A stretch of DNA of 33,968 bases, taken from Babesia bigemina (taxonomy: Eukaryota). The stretch covers positions 2,790,001-2,823,968 of the forward strand of contig NC_027217.1 in NCBI RefSeq assembly GCF_000981445.1, given 5' to 3'. Shown here piece by piece: positions 1 through 10,200 of the stretch; position 1 is the stretch's first letter; the number at the start of each line of letters is the position of its first letter. The translations under genes and the position numbers were made by a program. The notes under the pieces were generated by a model, which was given only the letters and a program-made list of their open reading frames with translations, had not been told where the DNA came from and made no database searches.

Positions 1-1
1 C

Positions 2-1228
2 GCCGGTCTCCTCTGCCAGCTGCGTGACTACGTGTACGCCTGCCACCACCAGTTGCAGTTCCTGAAGTCGCAGTGTAATCGGGACAAATCCCTTGGTGGT
101 TGGCAGAATTGTAACTACGGCAGTGACATCACTGCTTCTAACTCCCCCCTCCAGGCGTTCCTGACCGACGGCTGGGACTCCACCTTCGAGACGCACCTCT
201 TCGACCCGTGCAACCTGTGCCTCAAGAGCCGCGTCAGGATGGGATTTAGGGATGAAGACTTACCGAGTAGTCAACAAACAGGCAACACCCTTTCCACTAT
301 CCTCACTCCCAGCTGCGGCGGTGAGGACCCCTTGCTGACACTGTGCTCCTACCTCAACTGCCTCACCAGGCGGACGCCGCGCACCACCGGGGAGCTTGTG
401 TCGTTCTTCCACAATTTCGGGAATGAGATGCACGGGTATGCTTCAAAGTCATTGTCTCCACTAGGAAACTCACTCCGCACTCCGCATCTCGACTGCCCTG
501 ACTGGGACCATCTTGGTCGCCACGACCTCCAAGCTGTCAGTGGCGTCCGAGGTACAGAGTCTCTCAACTCCGTCTCCAATCACAACCACGACAATGCACA
601 TCCCCGTACCCTGTCCACACTGGTTGGCTGCGGTAGTGACCCTGACAGCTGCCATCCACGTATGTCTCCCATCACCTACCGGGCCTACGCCCTGTACTCC
701 CAGAGCTTCGCCCACACCTACCTCAGCTGGACGGTGTACCTGCCGGACAGACTGTGGGAGTCACTTGAAAAAATGTACTATGATCTAAAGAAGCATAATT
801 GCTTCGATGGCAAATCCCTCCACTCATGTCCCGTTGCGCTGCCCCTCCTCTACACTCACGGGTTCACGCCGCCGGAGGTGGGATCGCAGTTGCCACTCAC
901 ATGTCAACAGATTATCGCAAAGCTGAAGGAAATTGTCAACGGCAAGCCTATCGCATCACTCATGACTGCCATGGACAATTTCCTCTACAACATCCGAGAG
1001 CCATTCATCTTCACGCTCGTCGCACTGTGGTCCACAGCATTACTCATCTTCGCCAACACGATGCTGTACCGCATCGACATACTCCACATCCGATCACACC
1101 TTATCCGCACCAAGGCCTCCCATCTCATCGACGTCAAGGCGCTGCTCTCCGACAATAAGAAGATGATGTCCCTGTACGACGCCAATTACTTCGACGACGA
1201 CCCCAACGAGCTACTCAACTTAAAGTAG
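2..1228 (+). CDS. ves1: VESA1-family variant erythrocyte surface antigen, C-terminal part (5' end outside window)
   Basis: Frame is open from base 2 (AGLLCQLRDYVYAC...). Motifs SPLQAFLTD, RTPRTTGELVSFF, YLSWTVYLPD, TM segment IREPFIFTLVALWSTALLIFANTMLY and tail RIDILHIRSHLIRTKASHLIDVKALL...YFDDD match the Babesia VESA1 C-terminus from recall. Subtype (a/b) not assigned. Confidence 0.88.
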   Translation, partial: AGLLCQLRDYVYACHHQLQFLKSQCNRDKSLGGWQNCNYGSDITASNSPLQAFLTDGWDSTFETHLFDPCNLCLKSRVRMGFRDEDLPSSQQTGNTLSTILTPSCGGEDPLLTLCSYLNCLTRRTPRTTGELVSFFHNFGNEMHGYASKSLSPLGNSLRTPHLDCPDWDHLGRHDLQAVSGVRGTESLNSVSNHNHDNAHPRTLSTLVGCGSDPDSCHPRMSPITYRAYALYSQSFAHTYLSWTVYLPDRLWESLEKMYYDLKKHNCFDGKSLHSCPVALPLLYTHGFTPPEVGSQLPLTCQQIIAKLKEIVNGKPIASLMTAMDNFLYNIREPFIFTLVALWSTALLIFANTMLYRIDILHIRSHLIRTKASHLIDVKALLSDNKKMMSLYDANYFDDDPNELLNLK

Positions 1229-1385
1229 TAATTATCGCAGTTACGTAGTACATTGTACGTTCTGTGATTTGAAGTGTTTTACTGTTATTCGTATTGTGTT
1301 GTCGACTAGTTGTTAATGGTGGTTTCAGTGTCACTGCCACTGTGCTCTCATGTATACCCATGGCACTTACGAACAATCTGTTCAA

Positions 1386-3550
1386 GTGAGTGACCTAGCC
1401 GCTGACCTAGTGAGTGACCTAGCCGCTGACCTAGTGAGTGACCTACGCGCTGACCTAGTGCGTGACCTAGTGAGTGACCTAGCCGCTGACCTAGTGAGTG
1501 ACCTAGGCCCTGACCTAGTGAGTGACCTAACGATGACCTAGTGAGTGACCTAGCCGCTGACCTAGTGAGTGACCTAGGCCCTGACCTAGTGAGTGACCTA
1601 CGCGCTGACCTAGTGAGTGACCTAGGCCCTGACCTAGTGAGTGACCTAGGCCCTGACCTAGTGAGTGACCTAGGCCATAACCTAGTGAGTGACCTAGGCC
1701 CTGACCTAGTGAGTGACGTAGTGAGTGACCTAGCCGCTGACCTAGTGAGTGACCTAACGATGACCTAGTGAGTGACCTAACGATGACCTAGTGAGTGACC
1801 TAGCCGCTGACCTAGTGAGTGACCTAGCCGCTGACCTAGTGAGTGACCTAGGCCCTGACCTAGTGAGTGACCTACGCGCTGACCTAGTGAGTGACCTAGG
1901 CCCTGACCTAGTGAGTGACCTACGCGCTGACCTAGTGAGTGACCTACGCGCTGACCTAGTGAGTGACCTAACGATGACCTAGTGAGTGACCTAGGCCCTG
2001 ACCTAGTGAGTGACCTACGCGCTGACCTAGTGAGTGACCTAGCCGCTGACCTAGTGAGTGACCTAGCCGCTGACCTAGTGAGTGACCTAGCCGCTGACCT
2101 AGTGAGTGACCTAGGCCCTGACCTAGTGAGTGACCTAGTGAGTGACCTACGCGCTGACCTAGTGAGTGACCTAGTGAGTGACCTAGCCGCTGACCTAGTG
2201 AGTGACCTAGGCCCTGACCTAGTGAGTGACCTACGCGCTGACCTAGTGAGTGACCTAGGCCCTGACCTAGTGAGTGACCTAGGCCCTGACCTAGTGAGTG
2301 ACCTAGGCCATAACCTAGTGAGTGACCTAGGCCCTGACCTAGTGAGTGACGTAGTGAGTGACCTAGCCGCTGACCTAGTGAGTGACCTAACGATGACCTA
2401 GTGCGTGACCTAGTGAGTGACCTAGGCCATAACCTAGTGAGTGACCTAACGATGACCTAGTGAGTGACCTAACGATGACGTAGTGAGTGACCTACGCGCT
2501 GACCTAGTGAGTGACCTACGCGCTGACCTAGTGAGTGACCTAGGCCCTGACCTAGTGAGTGACGTAGTGAGTGACCTACGCGCTGACCTAGTGAGTGACC
2601 TAGGCCCTGACCTAGTGAGTGACCTAGGCCCTGACCTAGTGAGTGACGTAGTGAGTGACCTAGGCCCTGACCTAGTGAGTGACCCAACGATGACCTAGTG
2701 CGTGACCTAGGCCCTGACCTAGTGAGTGACCTAACGATGACCTAGTGAGTGACCTACGCGCTGACCTAGTGAGTGACCTAGGCCATAACCTAGTGAGTGA
2801 CCTAACGATGACCTACGCGCTGACCTAGTGAGTGACCTAGGCCCTGACCTAGTGAGTGACCTAGGCCCTGACCTAGTGAGTGACCTAGGCCCTGACCTAG
2901 TGAGTGACCTAGGCCCTGACCTAGTGAGTGACCTAGGCCCTGACCTAGTGCGTGACCTAGTGAGTGACCTAACGATGACCTAGTGAGTGACCTAACGATG
3001 ACCTAGTGCGTGACCTAGTGAGTGACCTAACGATGACCTAGTGAGTGACCTACGCGCTGACCTAGTGAGTGACCTAGTGAGTGACCTACGCGCTGACCTA
3101 GTGAGTGACCTAGTGAGTGACCTAGCCGCTGACCTAGTGAGTGACCTAACGATGACCTAGTGCGTGACCTAGTGAGTGACCTAGGCCATAACCTAGTGAG
3201 TGACCTAACGATGACCTAGTGAGTGACCTAGTGAGTGACCTAGGCCCTGACCTAGTGAGTGACCTAGGCCCTGACCTAGTGAGTGACCTAGGCCATAACC
3301 TAGTGAGTGACCTAGGCCCTGACCTAGTGAGTGACGTAGTGAGTGACCTAGCCGCTGACCTAGTGAGTGACCTAACGATGACCTAGTGCGTGACCTAGTG
3401 AGTGACCTAGGCCATAACCTAGTGAGTGACCTAACGATGACCTACGCGCTGACCTAGTGAGTGACCTAGGCCCTGACCTAGTGAGTGACGTAGTGAGTGA
3501 CCTACGCGCTGACCTAGTGAGTGACCTAGGCCCTGACCTAGTGAGTGACC
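1386..3550 (+). repeat. 12-bp satellite nnnnnTGACCTA (~180 units) with 24-bp higher-order alternation
   Basis: GTGAGTGACCTA alternates with GCCGC/GGCCC/CGCGC/GTGCG-TGACCTA, GGCCATAACCTA, GTGAGTGACGTA and an 11-bp ACGATGACCTA. Confidence 0.98.
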
Positions 3551-3693
3551 AAGCACCTGACCACGTTAATGGTTACGGCAGCGATGATGTAAGGGGCGGG
3601 TTGGTGGTCACCTCACCGCTCATGTAATTGTTCATCAACGCAATCATTGCTGTCTAGCACATTAGATGTCAGTTGCCAGTTGTTTTATTGCGA

Positions 3694-3828
3694 TTAGCTG
3701 CGCAGTAGATACCGAACCCTGTGGAACGGCCGGATGCGGAAGTAGCTCATTACGCAGATGACGATGATGATGAGGGCGACGGGGACGATGATGTAAAAGG
3801 CGGTGGTTATGCTCACCTCGCTGCTCAT
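3694..3828 (-). CDS. Putative 44-aa single-TM micropeptide MSSEVSITTAFYIIVPVALIIIVICVMSYFRIRPFHRVRYLLRS
   Basis: Manual translation: ATG at 3828, TAA at 3694-3696. Hydrophobic stretch followed by an Arg-rich tail; paralog at 3899-4039. Confidence 0.55.
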   Translation of the reverse strand: MSSEVSITTAFYIIVPVALIIIVICVMSYFRIRPFHRVRYLLRS

Positions 3829-3898
3829 ACGATTGATCGTCAAGGCAATCGTTACTGTCTAGCACATTAGATGTCAGTTGGCAGTTAGGGTATTATGA

Positions 3899-4039
3899 TC
3901 AGCTGCGCAGTAGATACCGCACCCTGTGGAACGGCCGGATGCGGAAGTAGACCATGACACAGATGACGATGATGATGAGGGCGACGGGGACGATGATGTA
4001 AGGGAGGACGGCGGGGGAAGATGTCACCTCACTGCTCAT
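3899..4039 (-). CDS. Putative 46-aa single-TM micropeptide MSSEVTSSPAVLPYIIVPVALIIIVICVMVYFRIRPFHRVRYLLRS
   Basis: Manual translation: ATG at 4039, TGA at 3899-3901. Differences from the neighbouring copy in the TM/tail are mostly synonymous. Confidence 0.55.
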   Translation of the reverse strand: MSSEVTSSPAVLPYIIVPVALIIIVICVMVYFRIRPFHRVRYLLRS

Positions 4040-4147
4040 GTGATTGATCAATGCAATCACTACTGTCTAGAACATCAGATGTCAGTTGGCAGTTGGGTGA
4101 TCGGTGGAATTTTGATTAACAATATTTGCGCTAACAAATTGCTGAGA

Positions 4148-4690
4148 TCAGCTGTAGAACGCGATGCAGAAGGGTATCTTGCGGACGAGGAAATCGCGGA
4201 TGTTGCGGCCCACCGGGAATCGGAAGATGCACAGGTCGAGCAGGATGATGGCGACGATGATGCCAACGATGACGGCGGCGATGGTGTTGGGGGAAATGGA
4301 AAAGTGTTGAGAATTGTTTTCTTGGAGCTCATCTTCGGAAGGGGACGGATACTCTTGTTTGGCAACGTGAGACTGAGCATCGGAGGAATCAGAGGGAGAG
4401 TGTAGACTGGTGGAATGAAGGGAGGCGGCAGCAAGGCGTTTACTTTCCGCTTCACGTTTCTTTTCACAACATGTACAATCACATTGACATTTACCCTCGT
4501 TGCCTTTACATTGGAAGTTACATGGCGAAGGATTGCAATCGTAAGTCGACGACCTAGTGCGCATATGGCGATTATACCAACATCCATTGCAACCTATGCC
4601 AGTCGTACATCCGTCACAGCACCAATAACAACAGATACAATCAGGATACCTACAACTCGTATCACATGTACACTGCTTCAACCAACTCAT
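4148..4690 (-). CDS. Small Cys-rich protein with C-terminal TM (180 aa), ves-associated hypothetical family
   Basis: ATG start. Cys-rich N-half (CTC..C.YPDC.CC.WCC..C...C.GCW...KCQCDCTCC), Ser/Pro linker, TM IAAVIVGIIVAIILLDLCIF and tail RFPVGRNIRDFLVRKIPFCIAFYS; paralog at 14483-15022. Confidence 0.8.
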   Translation of the reverse strand: MSWLKQCTCDTSCRYPDCICCYWCCDGCTTGIGCNGCWYNRHMRTRSSTYDCNPSPCNFQCKGNEGKCQCDCTCCEKKREAESKRLAAASLHSTSLHSPSDSSDAQSHVAKQEYPSPSEDELQENNSQHFSISPNTIAAVIVGIIVAIILLDLCIFRFPVGRNIRDFLVRKIPFCIAFYS

Positions 4691-4696
4691 CTTCCC

Positions 4697-6503
4697 CTCC
4701 CACTACCCTCAGCCTGCAAGCATATCAATCACTCAAGCAACACTCACCAACTGCAACACTACCACTGCCGCTCCCAGTCCCCTCAACCTGCGAACATATC
4801 AATCACCCAAGCAGCACTCACCAACTGCAACACTACCACTGCCGCTCCCACTCCCCTCAACCTGCAGACATATCAGTCACCTAGCAAGCACTCACCAACT
4901 GCAACACTACCACTGCCGCGCCCACTCCCCTCAACCTGCAGACATATCAGTCACCTAGCAAGCACTCACCAACTGCAACACTACCACTGCCGCGCCCACT
5001 CCCCTCAACCTGCGAACATATCAATCACCTAGCAAGCACTCACCAACTGCAACACTACCACTGCCGCTCCACTCCCCTCAACCTGCAAGCAAATCAATCA
5101 CTAAGCAACGCACTCACCAACTGCAACACTACCACTGCCGCTCCACTCCCCTCAACCTGCGAACATGTCAATCACTCAAGCAGCACTCACCAACTGCAAC
5201 ACTACCACTGCCGCTCCCAGTCCCCTCAACCTGCAAGCATATCAATCACCTAGCAACGCACTCACCAACTGCAACACTACCACTGCCGCGCCCAGTCCCC
5301 TCAACCTGCGAACATATCAATCACCTAAGCAACGCACTCACCAACTGCAACACTACCACTGCCGCGCCCACTCCCCTCAACCTGCAACCGTATCAATCAC
5401 TCAAGCAAGCACTCACCTACTGCTACACGTGCCACTGCCGCTACCAGTCCCCTCAACCTGCAGACATATCAATCACCTAACCAAACACTCACCAACTGCA
5501 ACACGTACCACTGCCGCTACCAGTCCCTCAGCCTGCGAACATATCAGTCACTCAAGCAGCACTCACCAACTGCAACACGTACCACTGCCGCTCCCACTCC
5601 ACTCAACCTGCGAACATGTCAATCACCTAGCAACGCACTCACCAACTGCAACACGTGCCACTGCCGCTCCCAGTCCTCTCAACCTGCAAACATATCAGTC
5701 ACCTAGCAAGCACTCACCAACTGCAACGCTACCACTGCCGCTCCCAGTCCCCCCAGCCTGCTAGCATATCAATCACCTAGCAACGCACTCACCAATTACA
5801 ACACGTACCACTGCCGCTACCAGTCCCCTCAACCTGCAAACATATCAATCACTCAAGCAGCACTCACCAATTGCAACACGTACCACTGCCGCTCCCACTC
5901 CCCTCAACCTGCTAACATATCAATCACTCAAGCAACGCACTCACCAACTGCAACACGTGACACTGCCGCTCCACTCCCCTCAACCTGCAAACATATCAAT
6001 CACTAACCAACGCACTCACCAACTGCAACACGTACCACTGCCGCTCCCACTCCCCTCAACCTGCAACTATATCAATCACTCAAGCAGCACTCACCAACTG
6101 CAACACTACCACTGCCGCTCCCAGTCCCCTCAGCCTGCAAGCATATCAATCACCTAGCAACGCACTCACCAACTGCAACACGTACCACTGCCGCTCCCAG
6201 TCCCCTCAACCTGCAAACATATCAATCACCTAGCAAAGCACTCACCAACTGCAACACTACCACTGCCGCTCCCAGTCCCCTCAACCTGCAAACATATCAA
6301 TCACCTAGCAACGCACTCACCAACTGCAACACTACCACTGCCGCTCCCAGTCCCCTCAACCTGCGAACATATCAATCACTCAAGTAGCACTCACCAACTG
6401 CAACACGTACCACTGCCGCTACCAGTCCCCTCAACCTGCGAACATATCAATCACACAAGCAGCACCCACCAACTGCAACACTACCACTGCCGCGCCCACT
6501 CCC
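4697..6503. repeat. ~76-bp satellite (~24 copies)
   Basis: Unit ~GCACTCACCAACTGCAACACTACCACTGCCGCTCCCAGTCCCCTCAACCTGCAAACATATCAATCACCTAGCAAC; begins a few bases upstream of the ATG of the small Cys-rich gene. Confidence 0.97.
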
Positions 6504-7018
6504 CTTATCAACACGTACCCTCACCCCTGTGTCCCCCCAGCCCGGGCCACCGACACCCACGCTGCCCAGGATACCACAGCTGCCCTGACGCGACGCATGT
6601 GATCAGCACCAACTGTCACTCTAAATTATTCACTATTCGCAACGCCATAAAAATTGCAGCGAGCCGTGCGCTCAACTCCCACAGTGCAGCAGCGCCGTGC
6701 TACGAGCCGCGGTATAGACGCCATACTGGCGGAGTGCGTTGGCTACGTGCCTAAATGTGATATTAACAATCGCTACATCGCTGCCTATAAACGCTACTTA
6801 ACCAGGCCAACGCGTATTACGCCACCCTGCCAGTGACTCGCAACACACGACTTAGGTCACCCGCCGCGGCCATCACGGCCGCCTACGTTAGCGACCAATC
6901 ACCCAGCCTCACATGACACTGACTCAATGGGCAACGCGGACGCCTCTCACAGTCGGCGCGTAACTCAAGGCACCAGGCAATCAACGTGCCACAACACCTA
7001 CCAAATTACGATTCATCC
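6504..7018. other. Conserved ~0.5-kb non-repetitive spacer (copy 1 of 2)
   Basis: Collinear and highly similar to 15568-16082, e.g. GGCTACGTGCCTAAATGTGATATTAACAATCGCTACAT and CCAGTGACTCGCAACACACGACTTAGGTCACCCGCCGCGGCCATCACG. Confidence 0.85.
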
Positions 7019-7135
7019 GCCAGCTTAGCACTTTGCCTGGTTGCTAGGTTAGCACTTTGCCTGTGTGCTAGGTCAACACGTTGCCTGGTTGCTAGCTCAG
7101 CACTTTGCCTGGGTGCTAGGTCAACACGTTGCTTG
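7019..7135. repeat. 24-bp minisatellite (~5 copies)
   Basis: Unit ~GCCAGCTTAGCACTTTGCCTGGTT; same family as 16083-16628. Confidence 0.9.
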
Positions 7136-7278
7136 GTCGTTCAGTCATCACCTAATCTAGCTGCTATCTAGTTTACAGGTTGCCGCTAGAGTAATTCGAG
7201 ACATTAGACTACGTTTGTCGGTTAGGTGAGTAGGTGAGCTATGATAAGTGAGTGTAGTAATTACAGACGTGAGTACGA

Positions 7279-10200
7279 TCACGGCTGCAGGTACGATATC
7301 TTGGCAAGCCTTCCGACTTGCGCCGCCGCCAACAATGATTGAGCAGTAATCTTGTGCGATGATGGTGATCGTAAGTGCGATTTGATATGGAGCACATCCA
7401 GTCTGCCAACCATTACGCAAACGAGGTAGAAAAGGGAGAGTGACCAGAGCGCGAGGACTAGATAGGTGAACGGTTCTCTGATTGTCCAAATGAAGTTGTC
7501 ACATTCTTCAAATAATTTGGTGAAGTGTTGCGATTTCAGCAGATTACTCAGCTGTGTACTGAAACTAAGGCAGAATTTCCTGTTAGTTCCATACAGCGTT
7601 TTTGCGTCGCCAAAAGTGAACCCGTACTGGTAGAACGTAGTCATCACTCCACGACAGCTTATCAGTGCCTTGCACTTGCAGCTGTATTCGACACCATGCT
7701 TACCCGGCTTGCACGAACATTTCGTACAACCGGAGCCTCCACAATCAATCTGCTGGAACGCATCGAGCAATGATTTCAGGTAACTGTAGAATGTCCACGG
7801 TAGATATACAGCCCATGAGAGGTAAAGATCAGCGTGCTTTTTGGCGAGGTACGTGTACGCATCTGAAGATGTGGAGCAGAGGTAGGGAGCGCAGTGAATA
7901 TCCCTCTCATGAGGTAGATTGCACGAATCTTTCGACAGGCTCGACAAGTCAGCCTCCGTAGATTTGGAATGGTCTGAGCTGGTGTGGCCTGCTTGGTTGC
8001 GATATGCATTCTGCAGCGCACCTGTGAGTTTGCTTGTCTCTTTGTATAGATCGATTGAGAGCGCTTTCGTTTTCGTTACAAAAGCTAAGCTGACATCACT
8101 AGCGGCGTTAGCATTATCTAACATACTACTTAACGTCAACGCAAATTGGAAGTGTTCGGGCAATGTAGATGGCGGCTTGGGCAGCAGACCGAAGAGCGCG
8201 TTAATATTCGAATTGTCGAAGAATTTGGTCAGCACGGTACATATGTCCTTACCTGTCTTCGTGCTTCCCGAGAAACCCCTAAAGCCAAGTGGTGTTATAC
8301 ATGGCGCACCGGGTAGGCTTTTGGGACACGTTTTACACTCGGACTTACACCCCGCTGAAACCAACTGGTGAGGCAGGCACCCGGGTAGGCTGTCGCGAAG
8401 ATACGACATCAGCGGTGATCTAGGTAGGCAATCGGTTGACTCGTTGGCGGGGTGTTCACCGCATTGCCAATTGGAGTGTTTGACTCCTCTGCCGTACTGA
8501 CAGCCGGACCAGCCGTGGTATGCAGAGCTTAGGCCGCATTGAGTATGCAAAAATTTAAGTGAGGGTAGTAGTCTGCGAAGAATGTCCAATAGCATCTGAA
8601 GGCAATCTTCGCCCTTGGATGGGTAGTGAAAGTTCAGCGAATTGGTCGAGTAGTCAACGGCGTACATGGAGTACGCGTCCCCGGTTCCAGCGATTGTTGT
8701 GAGAATATCGTGGGATCTGGAACACAGGCGTTTCACTGCGCGCTGAGTATCGTCCATCGCTATGTTTTGTGGATACGCTGGCAGGGGTTCGTCGCTGATG
8801 TATGTGACGGGAATACCATCGGCGTCTTCGGGCTGTTTACTTGGATCGACGAATAGTTCACTGATAGCGTCATCCAACATATCTTGATACACGTTATTGC
8901 ACGGTAGCCCGGACACCCAGCACAGCATCTCGAATATGTTACATGGACGTTTCCTCGCAGAGAAGGTGGCGATGTGGCTGACTTGATAATATGTTTGGAG
9001 ACAGTCGTGCAGTGTATCCAGTGCGTTTTGCTTAGATTTATCAATGTAATACAAGTGGTGTTCATCTTTCCCGAACATACGTTTGCAGATGAATAATCCT
9101 GTCATGCCTTTACTGTCCTGCAGCTCCCAGTGCTTCTTCCCGTCCTCGGTAACTTTGTAGCCTTGAGTGGCGAAATATTTTCCGAGCTCTGTGTTTATGT
9201 TTATTTGATCGCTTTTACACCTTGCAACGCAGTACTTCAGTAAAGTCTTGAACTCGGAATACAGGATGGAGAGCAGCGACAGGCACACTTTAGCGCACTT
9301 GTTGCCATCATCGGTCACTTTATCATTTCTTGCGTCGACCAATACCATGCCATCCGAAGCTCCGTCGTACGCGTTTAAATATGTCTTAATAAGCTCACTG
9401 ACCAACGCATTCACACCGCTCTTAAGGGCGTCGACGAGCGTGTTGCACGGACTAGAGAAATTGGTAGGAACTAGATTATCATGTGCGTTGTTCAAAATGC
9501 CGAGATTATGGGCAACACTGTGAGTGAAGTTGCCGGAGTCTTGAAGTTGTGTGAGCAGAATGTTCAGCTTATCTTTGACATTTTCAAGCTGCTCGGCGTA
9601 AGGGTGTTTATCGCCTTCGCCAATCGTCACCGGTGGAGTCTTCCTTTTCATCTCCTCAGCGTACTCCCTCTTGAGATCCGTGTCGAGGTACGTCTTGAGT
9701 GGCTGCCAGAATGACTGGAACTTGTTGGCCAGCTTTTCGAAGTTTGCCTTGTAGTCAGTGGGATTCTTGGAGAGACGGTCGACAATGTCCTTCAGTTTTT
9801 CGATATTATCATAATTTGCTGCTTGACCATTCTGTCCCTGAAACGCTCCCATGAAACCTTTGAAGCCAGTTGCCAAGTCTTCTTCGATTGCTTCAGGCAA
9901 TTTATCCAACTGCCCTCTCACCTTGTCGGCGAATTGTTCCAATAGGTAGTGCATGGTTGTGACGTAATGGGTGTTTGCCTGCTTGGTGAGCTCAGCCATA
10001 CAATCATTGAGTTGGGTGTCGACTATATCTTGGAGACTGGAGATAGTTGACGTTTTCAATCGTTCGGCGTGGTTGCTGAAGTCAGTTGCCGCTGATATGC
10101 ATTCATGTAATTGTGTCTTTTTGAGAGTTTCCAGATCGTTCTTAATTTTCATGAGTACACCATCGCCAGGCTTCTTTACAGTGTTCCGACCGATTTTGCT

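Larger units (their letters stand above)
3583..4100. repeat. ~205-bp tandem repeat (about 2.5 copies); each full unit holds a TM micro-ORF on -
   Basis: Units start GATGATGTAA at ~3583, ~3787 and ~3992. All three share CTGTCTAG(C/A)ACAT(T/C)AGATGTCAGTTG, and the two full units share CCCTGTGGAACGGCCGGATGCGGAAGTAG. Also seen at ~14150-14440. Confidence 0.9.

Noticed and set aside
1350..2698. ORFs of VSDLAADL/GPDL repeats
   Set aside because: Translations of the 12-bp satellite; 11-bp units repeatedly shift the frame and introduce stops.
1386..3550. CRISPR-like alternation of constant and variable units
   Set aside because: Units are only 12 bp, the 'spacers' are reused from a small set, there are no cas genes, and the context is eukaryotic.
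3926..4405. Asp-rich + strand ORF (also 14375-14683) and other short antisense ORFs inside the large genes
   Set aside because: Antisense shadows of Ile/Val-rich TM codons or of long coding frames.
4415..6157. Thr/Pro/His-rich ORFs on + (also 15209-15664)
   Set aside because: Read-through of the ~76-bp satellite, whose variable unit length cycles through frames.
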